From contig OY970314.1 of the NCBI GenBank assembly GCA_963716475.1, positions 138,479 to 202,478 of the forward strand: a stretch of DNA of 64,000 nucleotides. Direction: 5' to 3'. Shown piece after piece: positions 53,074 to 63,418 of this stretch. Every line of letters begins with the position of its first letter. The stretch's first letter is position 1. Under the pieces are notes generated by a model. It did no database searches, was not told the origin of the DNA, and worked only from the letters and a program-made list of their open reading frames with translations. Made by a program: the position numbers and the translations under genes. The stretch is from Candidatus Woesebacteria bacterium. GTDB lineage: Bacteria > Patescibacteriota > Microgenomatia > UBA8517.

Positions 53074-54809
53074 AATTAATAAGATTTCTTAAGCCTTATA
53101 TCTGGCTTATTTTGATTTTGAGTATATTTACATATCTTCAGGTAATGGCCAACCTGAAGTTGCCCGATTATACGGCTAAAATCGTTAATGAAGGAATTAT
53201 TCTTAACAATAATTCTGCGATCTACACTAACGGAGCTTTAATGCTTTTATTCACTCTGGCAGGAGCTGCGTGTGCCATCGTTGTCGGATTTCTGGCAGCG
53301 CGTATTGCTACCAGTTTTTCCCGGGATGTCAGACACGAGGTTTTTACAAAAGTGGAAAGTTATTCAATAACCGAATTTAATAAATTCTCAACCGCATCCC
53401 TCATTACCCGTTCGACAAACGATATCCAGCAAATCCAAATGGTACTTATAATGCTTTTTCGTCTGGTTCTTATGGCCCCCCTGATGGCAATCGGAGCTTT
53501 GCAAAATGCTTTTTTAAACGCCCCCTCGATGAGTTGGATAATTGCCCTGGCTTCAATTCTGCTTGTAACGCTAATTGCTACGCTCTTTGTTTTTGCCCTT
53601 CCCAAATTCAGACTTGTACAGGAACTAATTGACAAACTAAATCTTGTAGCCAGAGAGAATTTAACCGGCTTAAGAGTGGTTAGGGCATTTAACAATGAAC
53701 AACGCGAAGAGGAAAAATTTGAAAAGACGAATCAAGACCTGACCAGAGTGAATTTGTTTGTAAACAGATTAATGGTTCTACTCCAGCCGGCGATGACTCT
53801 AATACTGAGTATTTCCGTTGTGGCAATAGTTTGGTTCGGGGCACGTCTAATTAATACCGGCACTATCCAAATTGGCAACATGATCGCATTCATGCAATAT
53901 GCGATTCAGGTTATTACATCATTTCTTCTGATCTCCATCATATTTATTATGGTTCCGCGTGCTTCGGTTTCTGCAAAAAGAGTGGCAGAAATTATCGGAA
54001 CCGAGTCATCTGTTAAGGACCCGGCTCGCCCGGTAAAAGTAAATGCGGAAGGTCGGGGTAAAATTGAATTCAAAGACATTACCTTTGCCTACCCCGGGGC
54101 AGATTTACCCATTTTAACCAACATTAACTTTACGGCAGAGCCGGGGGGGACAACCGCCTTTATCGGTTCAACCGGAAGCGGAAAAACTACTTTGATAAAT
54201 CTAATCCCGCGATTTTATGATGTTACTGCAGGTCAGATACTTTTGGACGGAATTGATATTAGAGATTTGAAACTCACAGATCTTTATAGCCAGATTGGTT
54301 ACGTTCCACAAAAGGGTGTTCTTTTTTCCGGCACGGTTAAAGAGAACATTAGTTATGGAAATAAAAACGCAAGTGCAACCGAGATTGAAAAGTCCGCCAC
54401 TATCGCTCAAGCCTCGGAATTCATAAATAAACTTGACAAAAAATATGACAGCGACATCTCCCAGGGCGGCTCGAATGTCTCCGGGGGGCAAAAGCAAAGA
54501 CTCTCAATTGCCAGGGCACTTGCCGTTAACCCGAAGGTGTTTATTTTTGATGACTCCTTTTCGGCGTTGGATTTTAAAACTGACGCCGAACTTCGCAAAG
54601 CCTTATTTGCCGAAACCAGAGATAAGACTGTTCTAATCGTCGGTCAGAGGATCAGCACTATCATGAATGCCGATAAAATCATTGTTTTGGACGAAGGCAA
54701 AATTGTGGGTCAGGGTACTCACAGTCAACTTCTTAAAAGTAATGAAATATACCGAGAAATCGCGTATTCCCAATTGTCTGATGAGGAACTTAAGTCACGA
54801 AAATTATAA
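53067..54809 (+). CDS. ABC exporter half-transporter (TMD-NBD), multidrug/lipid-type
   Basis: Six TM helices, then Walker A GSTGSGKTT, signature VSGGQKQR, Walker B IFIFDD. Confidence 0.85.
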   Translation: MLKLIRFLKPYIWLILILSIFTYLQVMANLKLPDYTAKIVNEGIILNNNSAIYTNGALMLLFTLAGAACAIVVGFLAARIATSFSRDVRHEVFTKVESYSITEFNKFSTASLITRSTNDIQQIQMVLIMLFRLVLMAPLMAIGALQNAFLNAPSMSWIIALASILLVTLIATLFVFALPKFRLVQELIDKLNLVARENLTGLRVVRAFNNEQREEEKFEKTNQDLTRVNLFVNRLMVLLQPAMTLILSISVVAIVWFGARLINTGTIQIGNMIAFMQYAIQVITSFLLISIIFIMVPRASVSAKRVAEIIGTESSVKDPARPVKVNAEGRGKIEFKDITFAYPGADLPILTNINFTAEPGGTTAFIGSTGSGKTTLINLIPRFYDVTAGQILLDGIDIRDLKLTDLYSQIGYVPQKGVLFSGTVKENISYGNKNASATEIEKSATIAQASEFINKLDKKYDSDISQGGSNVSGGQKQRLSIARALAVNPKVFIFDDSFSALDFKTDAELRKALFAETRDKTVLIVGQRISTIMNADKIIVLDEGKIVGQGTHSQLLKSNEIYREIAYSQLSDEELKSRKL

Positions 54810-54817
54810 ATAATATT

Positions 54818-56833
54818 ATGAACAAAGATGCAGAAACTAATAAAATTCCGAAAATTCCCGGCAGGGGTGGGGTGTTTGGCAGGCCGGCGCACATGATGAT
54901 GGGGGCACCTGTCGAAAGAGCTAAAGATTTCAAAGGTACCATAAGGAAACTTATGGGTTATCTTAAACCGTTCTGGATACAGATGGTTCTGGTTCTGGCT
55001 TTTGCTATCTCAAGCACTGTTTTTGCTATAGTTAGCCCGAAAATACTCGGGACTGCTACCAATCAAATTGTTAATGATTACATTAATATAAAAACTTACG
55101 ATCAAATTACGTCCATGTTGCCGGCAGGGACGAAACTACCCCAGGGGACTACAGGCAAAGACCTTATCTTGAAACTTCCCCCAAGCGTGGTGCAAAAAAT
55201 ACCAAAGGACCAGCTCGAGAAAATCCAATCTCTTGACTTAACAACAAGGCCGATATTTCACTTCGACGTGATAAGAAATATCATTCTTCTTCTAATCGGT
55301 CTTTATGTCTTGAGTAGCATATTAAGTTATATACAGGGCTGGATTTTAGCGACGGTTACTCAAAAAGTGACTTACCGGTTTAGAAAAGATATATCTGCCA
55401 AAATGAACAAACTTCCTTTAAGTTATTTTGATAAACATACGTTTGGCGAGGTTTTAAGCAGGATCACAAACGACGTAGACACGGTAAGTCAGTCGCTTAA
55501 CCAGAGCATGTCCCAAATCGTTACTTCTGTTGTTATGATCCTGGGGATTACCGTTATGATGCTTTCGATTAGCGCTCTCTTAACACTGGTTACCATAATA
55601 ATTCTGCCTTTCAGTTTTATTTTAATTGCGCAGCTTACGAAGCGTTCACAAAAACAGTTTGTTAATCAGCAGGAAGAATTGGGAAATCTTAACGGCCATA
55701 TTGAAGAAATGTATGCAGGACATTTGGTTATGAGAGTTTTTAACGGAGAGGCGGGTTCTGTCGCCAAATTCGAAGGAATAAATAACAAACTTTTTAACAG
55801 TGCCTGGAAATCACAGTTTTTGTCGGGTCTTATTTACCCCCTGATGAATTTTATCGGGAACCTTGGCTATGTGGGAGTTTCCGTTGTTGGTGGTTGGCTT
55901 GCCATTCAGGGAAAACTCCAAATAGGGGATATTCAAGCATTTATTCAATACGTTCAGCAGTTTAATCAGCCGATTGCCCAGACGGCTAATATTGCAAACG
56001 TCTTGCAATCTGCCGCTGCTGCAGCGGAACGCGTTTTTGAGTTTCTGGCGGAGAAAGAAGAAGCAAAGGATGTGGAAAATCCTGTTATCTTAACTTCTAC
56101 CAAAGGAAAGGTTGAATTTGATAACGTCGTTTTCGGGTATAACCCGGGAAGTCCTGTAATTAAAAATCTTTCTGCGAAAATCGAACCCGGACATAGAATT
56201 GCGATTGTCGGTCCGACAGGTGCCGGTAAAACCACACTGGTAAACCTGCTCATGCGATTTTACGAAGTCCAATCCGGTTCCATAAAAATCGATGGCACCG
56301 ATATTAAAGACATGGACAGGCAGGACGTTAGAAGACTTTTTGGTATGGTCCTTCAGGATACCTGGCTTTTTAAGGGCACGATACGCGAGAATATTACATA
56401 TGGAAATTCCAAAGCCTCCGAAGCAGAGATAATACAGGCTGCCCAAGAAGCACATGTTGATCATTTTGTCAGATCACTTCCTAAAGGATATGACATGGAG
56501 ATTAACGAGGAAGCCAGCAATCTTTCTTCGGGTGAGAAACAACTTCTGACTATAGCCCGCGCCATGCTTGCTAAAAATCCAATGCTAATCTTAGACGAGG
56601 CGACAAGCTCAGTCGATACCAGAACTGAGGTTTTAATCCAAAAGGCAATGGATACCCTGATGAAAGATAAAACCAGTTTCGTGATTGCCCATAGGCTTTC
56701 GACCATTCGCGATGCCAATCTCATCTTGGTTATGAAAGATGGCAATGTGATCGAACAGGGAACTCACAAAGAACTACTAAAACTGAATGGCTTTTACGCC
56801 TCACTTTATAACAGCCAATTTGCAATTAGCTAA
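54818..56833 (+). CDS. ABC exporter half-transporter (TMD-NBD), partner of the upstream gene
   Basis: Six TM helices, then Walker A GPTGAGKTT, signature LSSGEKQL, Walker B LILDEA. Confidence 0.85.
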   Translation: MNKDAETNKIPKIPGRGGVFGRPAHMMMGAPVERAKDFKGTIRKLMGYLKPFWIQMVLVLAFAISSTVFAIVSPKILGTATNQIVNDYINIKTYDQITSMLPAGTKLPQGTTGKDLILKLPPSVVQKIPKDQLEKIQSLDLTTRPIFHFDVIRNIILLLIGLYVLSSILSYIQGWILATVTQKVTYRFRKDISAKMNKLPLSYFDKHTFGEVLSRITNDVDTVSQSLNQSMSQIVTSVVMILGITVMMLSISALLTLVTIIILPFSFILIAQLTKRSQKQFVNQQEELGNLNGHIEEMYAGHLVMRVFNGEAGSVAKFEGINNKLFNSAWKSQFLSGLIYPLMNFIGNLGYVGVSVVGGWLAIQGKLQIGDIQAFIQYVQQFNQPIAQTANIANVLQSAAAAAERVFEFLAEKEEAKDVENPVILTSTKGKVEFDNVVFGYNPGSPVIKNLSAKIEPGHRIAIVGPTGAGKTTLVNLLMRFYEVQSGSIKIDGTDIKDMDRQDVRRLFGMVLQDTWLFKGTIRENITYGNSKASEAEIIQAAQEAHVDHFVRSLPKGYDMEINEEASNLSSGEKQLLTIARAMLAKNPMLILDEATSSVDTRTEVLIQKAMDTLMKDKTSFVIAHRLSTIRDANLILVMKDGNVIEQGTHKELLKLNGFYASLYNSQFAIS

Positions 56834-56905
56834 GTTTCCCCTGTGATACACTGCTACTCTATTTTCAGCTATTTTTCAGCTATCGTAGTATAATATAGCC
56901 TTGAT

Positions 56906-57559
56906 ATGAGAATTTTAGTGGTTGAGGATGAACATAAAATTGCCAACTCCATAAAACGCGGATTTGAACAGGAAACTTGGGCGACCGACGTAGCTTATGA
57001 TGGAGAGGAGGGCTATGATATGGCCTCCTCTGAAGATTATGATGTGATAGTTTTAGACCTTATGCTTCCAAAAATGGATGGAATGGAGATTTGTAAAAAA
57101 CTCCGGGCTGACGGAATTAATATTCCGATATTGATGCTTACCGCCCGCGGAGAACTTGCCGACAAGGTCGAAGGGCTAGATAGCGGTGCCGATGATTACT
57201 TGGTTAAACCTTTTGCTTTTGAAGAGCTTTTAGCAAGGGTAAAGGCACTCTCCAGACGGCCAAAGCAAACTAACAGTGAAGAACTTAATACCAATGATTT
57301 AACGTTAAATACAAATACTTTCGAGGTTAAAAAAGGCGGCAAGGTAATCGAACTTTCGCGTAAGGAATTTGCGCTTTTGGAATATCTTATGAGGAATGCT
57401 GGAAGGGTAGTTTCCAAAGAGAATATTATTGCTCATGTCTGGGATTATGAAAGCGATATTTTACCCAACACCGTTGAGGTTTTTGTAGGGTACCTGAGAG
57501 AGAAGGTCGGTGGCGATGTTATTAAAACGGTAAGGGGATTTGGGTATAAGATAGTCTAA
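56906..57559 (+). CDS. OmpR-family response regulator
   Basis: Receiver domain (VVEDEHKI, DLMLPKMDG) plus winged-helix output. Confidence 0.85.
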   Translation: MRILVVEDEHKIANSIKRGFEQETWATDVAYDGEEGYDMASSEDYDVIVLDLMLPKMDGMEICKKLRADGINIPILMLTARGELADKVEGLDSGADDYLVKPFAFEELLARVKALSRRPKQTNSEELNTNDLTLNTNTFEVKKGGKVIELSRKEFALLEYLMRNAGRVVSKENIIAHVWDYESDILPNTVEVFVGYLREKVGGDVIKTVRGFGYKIV

Positions 57560-57569
57560 TCTGGAATTC

Positions 57570-58589
57570 ATGTTTAAAGAAGCCCGCCTTAAATTAACAG
57601 GTTGGTATCTGGCTATCATTATGGCTATCAGTTTCTCTTTTTCTGTGGCTATTTATGCTGGTGTCAACAATGAACTGACAAGGATCGGTGACATGCAAAG
57701 AGCTAGGCAGGATAGGGTAGACACAATCAGCAATTTTTTAATACAAAACGGTCTTCCTGTACCGCCCGAAGTTCAATCACTTGATTCAGAAACAGTTGAG
57801 CAAGCAAGACTCAGAATCATTTCGACCCTGGGACTTATAAATATCGCTATTCTGGTTATCTCCGGTCTTGGCGGATATTTTCTGGCAGGACTTACCTTGG
57901 ATCCGATTTCGAAAATGGTTAAGAAACAGAAAGAGTTTGTGGGCAACGCTTCACATGAGCTTCGTACGCCACTGACCTCCCTCAAGACCGAGATTGAGGT
58001 AGCCTTGAGAGATAAAAACATGGATGTGGATGATTTTAAAAATCTTTTGAGGAGCAATCTGGAAGACGTAAATAGTATGCAAAAACTTTCAAATTATTTA
58101 CTCGAGCTCAACCGTTATGAAAATTCTGATATAAATATCGAAATTGGAAAAGTTGAATTGTCTGGGATCGTTGCACAAGTTGTCAAAAAAGTCGGTCCGG
58201 TCGCCCACACCAAGAAAATTCAATTGGTAACAAAATTACAGAAAGTGATCGTCAGCGGAAACGAGGATGCTTTGAGCGAGCTTTCGACAATATTAATTGA
58301 AAATGCCATAAAATATTCGGGTAGAAGTAAAACTGTCGAGATAAAAACCAAAGGCAAGGGAACCCTTGAAGTAAAGGATTTTGGTATCGGAATTCCGGAA
58401 GCGGATCTTCCACACATATTTGAGAGGTTTTACAGGTCCGAGCTTTCCAGGTCTAAAGAAAAGATTGACGGTTACGGTTTGGGACTTTCTATCGCCAAGT
58501 CAATAGTTGATAAACTCGGGGGAAAAATTAGGGTTGCCAGCAAACTTGGGCAGGGGACAACATTCTCGGTACAGTTTTCTACTGCTTAA
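57570..58589 (+). CDS. Sensor histidine kinase
   Basis: Two TM helices, H-box HELRTPLTSL, and an HATPase domain (GIGIPEADLPHIFERFYR, GYGLGLSI). Confidence 0.85.
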   Translation: MFKEARLKLTGWYLAIIMAISFSFSVAIYAGVNNELTRIGDMQRARQDRVDTISNFLIQNGLPVPPEVQSLDSETVEQARLRIISTLGLINIAILVISGLGGYFLAGLTLDPISKMVKKQKEFVGNASHELRTPLTSLKTEIEVALRDKNMDVDDFKNLLRSNLEDVNSMQKLSNYLLELNRYENSDINIEIGKVELSGIVAQVVKKVGPVAHTKKIQLVTKLQKVIVSGNEDALSELSTILIENAIKYSGRSKTVEIKTKGKGTLEVKDFGIGIPEADLPHIFERFYRSELSRSKEKIDGYGLGLSIAKSIVDKLGGKIRVASKLGQGTTFSVQFSTA

Positions 58590-58657
58590 ATAATTTCTCA
58601 GTTACGTCTCAGGTTGTGGACCCAAAATTCATTGCAGGAGTATAATCACTCCGTAGC

Positions 58658-59980
58658 ATGGCGAAAAAGGAAGTTAATCTAAATTGGTGGCAAAAGGTTA
58701 TTCGAAAGTCAAAGACTTTTTGGAGTTGGCTTCGTGCAGATAAAAAAAGACTATCCGGTGCAGTTATTGTTCTTGCCATCTTGATCTTCGGAATCTGGAA
58801 AATTACCTCAACCAAAAGCAACCAAGTTCAATATCAAACCTCTTCCGTTCAAAAGGGGACAGTTGTTTCCACTATTTCCGCCTCAGGTAGGGCAATTTCA
58901 ACAAGCGTTCTTCCCATAAGTACCGACGCGTCGGGAATTGTTGGAAAGGTTTATGTAAAAGACGGTGATCATGTGGTTCAGGGCCAGAAAATTGCGGATA
59001 TTACCATGGACACAAGCGGTCAACAGCAATATTTGCAAGCGCTTAGTGGCTATTACTCTGCCCAGAGTGGCCTGGTTTCTGCGAACAATGCTTATTATAG
59101 CCTTCAGGCTGCAGAATTCTCCGCGAATCAAAAGTTTATCAACGACGCGCTCGCCAGAAGTCTTGACCCAACTGACCCTACCTACATTCAGGAGAATGAT
59201 GCCTGGTTGGCTGCTCAAGCGAGTTTCTTAAATCAGGGAACTACTCTTTCTCAAGCTAAAGCTTCTCTCAGTAACGCCGCCATTAATTTACAGCTTTCCG
59301 CGCCCACAATAACGGTTCCTTACACCGGAACAATTGCGGATATTAATTTAGTGGAAGGTATGGTTATTACAGCAAGCACAAACTCTACGACCGGAGCTAC
59401 CTCTTCGCAAAGAATTGCGGTTATCAATAACAATGCCACGCCTGTTATTAACGTAACTTTAGGCGAAACCGATGTGCCGAATGTTAAAATTGGCCAGAAA
59501 GCCACGATTACCTTTGATTCAATCACCGACAAAACTTTTACGGGAGTTGTGGCTACGGTCGATCGGATAGGCACAATTTCATCTAACGTAACGAGCTATG
59601 GGGTTAATATAAAACTAGATAGCGGTTCAGACCAGATCTTACCCAACATGGCAGCAACTGCCGATATAATTACGAGTACAGTGACGGATGCTTTATATGT
59701 GCCTTCTGCCGTGCTTGTTACTCAAAACGGGACAACTTACGCAAAGACTTTGGTCAAAGGTAAAGAGGTTGACGTTGCGGTTGAAACCGGAATTTCTTCT
59801 GATACGGATACAGTTATTACCTCAGGGCTGACTGAAGGCGAAACTGTTATAACGGGAACAGTTACCGCAAGTTCTTCTACCAGCGGATCGGCAGGAACCT
59901 CAATATTTAGCAGAAGCTTTGGTGGCGGAGGTGGGGCAGCAGTAGTAAGAACTGGCGGAGGAGCCGCAGTAGGGAGATAA
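58658..59980 (+). CDS. Periplasmic adaptor (membrane fusion protein, HlyD/MacA family) with a Gly-rich C-terminal tail
   Basis: N-terminal TM, coiled-coil and beta-barrel architecture. Upstream of a MacB-type ABC pair. Confidence 0.7.
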   Translation: MAKKEVNLNWWQKVIRKSKTFWSWLRADKKRLSGAVIVLAILIFGIWKITSTKSNQVQYQTSSVQKGTVVSTISASGRAISTSVLPISTDASGIVGKVYVKDGDHVVQGQKIADITMDTSGQQQYLQALSGYYSAQSGLVSANNAYYSLQAAEFSANQKFINDALARSLDPTDPTYIQENDAWLAAQASFLNQGTTLSQAKASLSNAAINLQLSAPTITVPYTGTIADINLVEGMVITASTNSTTGATSSQRIAVINNNATPVINVTLGETDVPNVKIGQKATITFDSITDKTFTGVVATVDRIGTISSNVTSYGVNIKLDSGSDQILPNMAATADIITSTVTDALYVPSAVLVTQNGTTYAKTLVKGKEVDVAVETGISSDTDTVITSGLTEGETVITGTVTASSSTSGSAGTSIFSRSFGGGGGAAVVRTGGGAAVGR

Positions 59981-59985
59981 CCGCC

Positions 59986-60690
59986 GTGATACAGGTTTCC
60001 CATGTCAGTAAAATTTATAGGACCGGGGATGTTGAAACAAGAGCACTTGATGACGTTAGCTTCAAAATAGAAAACGGCGAGTTCGTGGCCGTAATGGGTC
60101 CATCTGGTTCGGGTAAATCAACTTTAATGCACATTGTCGGGGCGCTTGATACTCCGACATCTGGAACTTATATTTTGGACGGAGAAAATGTCGAAAACCT
60201 TTCTGATGATGAGCTGGCCGATATAAGGAATAGAAAGATCGGATTTGTTTTCCAATTTTTCAACCTTTTACCAAGAACATCGGCTTTAAAAAATGTTGAG
60301 CTTCCAATGGTATATGGTGGAATTAAAAAAGAGGAGAGAGAAAAGATTGCAATGAAGTTTTTGGATATGGTCGATCTGAGTGATCGTCTCGGTAATGCCC
60401 CCAATCAGCTTTCGGGAGGTCAACAGCAAAGAGTTGCCATTGCCAGAAGTCTGGTTATGGATCCTTCAATAATCCTGGCCGATGAACCCACTGGTAATAT
60501 CGCCACCGCACAAGCGGAGGAGATAATGGCAATTTTTCAAAAATTAAATAATGAAGGACGAACCATTGTGATGATTACTCACGAGCCTGATATTGCCGAG
60601 CACGCAAAAAGAATCATTCATATCAGGGATGGAAAAATAGTTAAAGACGAGAATGGTCACAAACAAAGGATTATAAGGTTATATAACTAA
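59986..60690 (+). CDS. ABC transporter ATP-binding protein (MacB/LolD type)
   Basis: GPSGSGKST, LSGGQQQR, ILADEPTGN. Confidence 0.9.
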   Translation: MIQVSHVSKIYRTGDVETRALDDVSFKIENGEFVAVMGPSGSGKSTLMHIVGALDTPTSGTYILDGENVENLSDDELADIRNRKIGFVFQFFNLLPRTSALKNVELPMVYGGIKKEEREKIAMKFLDMVDLSDRLGNAPNQLSGGQQQRVAIARSLVMDPSIILADEPTGNIATAQAEEIMAIFQKLNNEGRTIVMITHEPDIAEHAKRIIHIRDGKIVKDENGHKQRIIRLYN

Positions 60691-60691
60691 A

Positions 60692-61915
60692 ATGGATATA
60701 AACGAACTAATTGCGGAAGCGTTAAATACTTTAAGAGTAAACAAGCTAAGAACTTTCCTGGCCATACTCGGGATTGTTATCGGGATCGGAAGCGTTATTG
60801 CCCTTGTGTCTTTAGGCCAGGGATCTCAGGCTTCTATTTCAAATCAAATAGAGTCTTTGGGTGCCAACCTTTTGACGATTTCCCCCGGAAGCCAGCGTGG
60901 AGGATTTGTACAAGGAGGGGCGGGAAGTGCAACTACGTTGACAGTTGAGGATGCTCAAGCAATCTCAACTTCACCTACCGTGACCGATGTGGCTAACGTC
61001 TCACCCGAATATACAAGACGGGCCCAAGTCACAGCGAGTGGCAAAAATACAAACACCGAAATTATCGGGGCAACTACCGTTTACGAGACAGTGCACAAGG
61101 TTAGTATTGCCACGGGTCAATTTTTAACCGATGGTGATAACGCAAGGCAAACTAAGGTGGCAATACTGGGACCGACTGTCGTAACAGATCTTTTTGGGGA
61201 TGGAGCAAACCCTATTGGCCAAAGTATCAGAATTCAGGGACAGTCTTTCAGAGTAATAGGGGTTACAGTAAGTAAAGGGGGATCGGGCCTGGGTAATCAG
61301 GATGATGTAATTTATGTTCCGCTTTCAACCGCGCAGAAAGTTTTGTTTGGCGCGACAAGCTTGAGTGATATTTCTGTAGAAGCAAAAAGTGCTGCAGTGA
61401 TGACCGCTGCTGAGAACGAAATCGGATACCTGCTTTTGGACAGACATAAAATTGCAAATCCCACAAATGCCGATTTCTCGATATTTTCACAGAACGATAT
61501 ATTGAATACAGCGAGTAGTGTTACCGGAACTTTTACGGCACTTCTTAGCGGTATTGCCGCAATTTCCTTAATTGTTGGTGGAATCGGAATAATGAATATT
61601 ATGCTTGTGACGGTCACAGAAAGAACACGAGAGATAGGACTCAGAAAAGCCTTGGGTGCCAAAAAGAGGGACATTATATCTCAGTTCCTTATTGAGGCTA
61701 TTATTTTGACTTTTGCCGGGGGAGTAATAGGGATGCTTGTTGGAGTTCTGATATCGGTCGTTATCTCCAAGCTTATTAGCATCCCGTTTGCAGTTTCTAC
61801 CGGTTCTGTGGCATTGGCAATTGGAGTTTCGGGAGCAATAGGTATAATTTTTGGCTGGTATCCTGCCAAGAAAGCCAGTGATCTTCAGCCCATTGAGGCT
61901 TTACGCTACGAGTAA
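60692..61915 (+). CDS. ABC transporter permease, FtsX/MacB family, with a large periplasmic domain
   Basis: MacB_PCD-like region and FtsX-like C-terminal four-TM bundle (TREIGLRKALGAKKRDI). Confidence 0.85.
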   Translation: MDINELIAEALNTLRVNKLRTFLAILGIVIGIGSVIALVSLGQGSQASISNQIESLGANLLTISPGSQRGGFVQGGAGSATTLTVEDAQAISTSPTVTDVANVSPEYTRRAQVTASGKNTNTEIIGATTVYETVHKVSIATGQFLTDGDNARQTKVAILGPTVVTDLFGDGANPIGQSIRIQGQSFRVIGVTVSKGGSGLGNQDDVIYVPLSTAQKVLFGATSLSDISVEAKSAAVMTAAENEIGYLLLDRHKIANPTNADFSIFSQNDILNTASSVTGTFTALLSGIAAISLIVGGIGIMNIMLVTVTERTREIGLRKALGAKKRDIISQFLIEAIILTFAGGVIGMLVGVLISVVISKLISIPFAVSTGSVALAIGVSGAIGIIFGWYPAKKASDLQPIEALRYE

Positions 61916-61992
61916 ACCGAAAAAGTGAGCTAATCTTCGAGTCGAATCTATCAAAGCTTTACATTATGCATTTTGCCTAGGTTTAACTTATA

Positions 61993-62313
61993 ATGTATAC
62001 TTCCCTCATGGAAATTCTAAAATCATGGATGGTTCAGGACTTTGTAGCCCGTCTGTCTGCCAGTATTCCGTTCGGGACTAGGGAAGCAGTCCAGGGGACA
62101 GGATATGGGAAGGTAACAGGTATTTTGAATGAAATGAAGTGTGTTGAAATAGTCCATCAAAGCAAACCTCTAGTTTCTGGTAGTTCCGATAAGAATATTT
62201 ATTCTAAATTACCGGATAAAGACTGCTCCATCTGCTCGTTTGAAAGAAGCGGAAGTAGCGGTTGTGTTATTAGACGGCAGGATCTAAGAAAGATATACGA
62301 AGATAGTCGTTAG
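61993..62313 (+). CDS. Hypothetical 106-aa protein
   Basis: ORF only. Confidence 0.3.
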   Translation: MYTSLMEILKSWMVQDFVARLSASIPFGTREAVQGTGYGKVTGILNEMKCVEIVHQSKPLVSGSSDKNIYSKLPDKDCSICSFERSGSSGCVIRRQDLRKIYEDSR

Positions 62314-62355
62314 TTTAAGCTTCCTTTCAGGTAGTGAGGCTAACATTTATTTATA

Positions 62356-62802
62356 GTGAAAAACGCAAAGGCGATAGTTCCGGTAGTTTTACTTCTGGTC
62401 GGCCTTGGGGCCGGCTTTTTCGGCGGAATTCAATACAGGAATTATCAGATTAGTAAAGCCCGCGGAAGCTTTGCCGGTGCAAACGGAACCTTTCAGAGGT
62501 TTACAGGCGGCACCGGGGGTGGGCAAGGAGCACGCGGAGGAGCAGTTTCCGGAAGCATTCTTTCGATGGACACAAGCTCTATAACTGTTAAATTGGCTGA
62601 CGGCAGCACAAAAATAGTTCTTTTCGGTGGAAGCACCACATATTCAAATACAGTTACTGCAGCGCAAACTGATCTTAAAGTAGGCAGCCAGGTTGTAGTA
62701 CTTGGTTCAACCAACACAGACGGAAGTGTGACTGCAACCAGCATCCAAATTAATCCCCAGTTTGGCAGGGGAATGATGCCCTCTCCGGCCCCTACCCCTT
62801 GA
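62356..62802 (+). CDS. Hypothetical secreted/membrane-anchored Gly-rich protein
   Basis: N-terminal hydrophobic helix and Gly/Thr-rich beta-like repeats. Confidence 0.45.
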   Translation: MKNAKAIVPVVLLLVGLGAGFFGGIQYRNYQISKARGSFAGANGTFQRFTGGTGGGQGARGGAVSGSILSMDTSSITVKLADGSTKIVLFGGSTTYSNTVTAAQTDLKVGSQVVVLGSTNTDGSVTATSIQINPQFGRGMMPSPAPTP

Positions 62803-62883
62803 TCTATTTGGCTACGCTCAGGATAAGTATATTCTCCTCTTATTTTAAGTTATATTTCAGCTAAGGAATGGTAATGTTGATAT

Positions 62884-63405
62884 ATGAAAAAGTTTTTGCT
62901 GTCAACTCTGGTTTTAATAATATTTACTGTTTATGCAATCCACTTAAAGCCGGCCCAGGGGGCTAGCCCTGTTGCTATTGCTCCGATACCGACAATAAAT
63001 CGAACACGACGTTTTGGAGATGACGAAGGCGTTGTAGTACCTCCCGCAGCTATTGCCACAACGGTGCCTGCACCAACCCAGACGACTAACGCGGTTCAAC
63101 CTCCCGCTACGGCTAATACCGGAAAGTATAAAAATGGAACATATACAGGAAGTGTTGCTGATGCTTTTTATGGGAACGTTCAGGTTCAGGTAACGATTTC
63201 AGGAGGACAGATTACTGACGTTCAATTCTTACAATATCCGAGTGATAGACAAACATCAATTGCGATAAACTCTCAAGCAATGCCTTACCTGAAACAAGAA
63301 GCAATTCAAGCTCAATCTGCACAAGTTGCAGGCGTTTCCGGTGCCACGGCTACGAGCCAGGCATTTATTCAATCTTTGGGAAGTGCTCTCCAACAGGCAG
63401 TTTAA
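62884..63405 (+). CDS. Secreted FMN-binding-domain protein (flavinylation substrate)
   Basis: Signal peptide, YKNGTYTGS...VSGATATSQ FMN_bind motif containing the Thr flavinylation site. Confidence 0.7.
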   Translation: MKKFLLSTLVLIIFTVYAIHLKPAQGASPVAIAPIPTINRTRRFGDDEGVVVPPAAIATTVPAPTQTTNAVQPPATANTGKYKNGTYTGSVADAFYGNVQVQVTISGGQITDVQFLQYPSDRQTSIAINSQAMPYLKQEAIQAQSAQVAGVSGATATSQAFIQSLGSALQQAV

Positions 63406-63418
63406 GATTTTTCAAATT

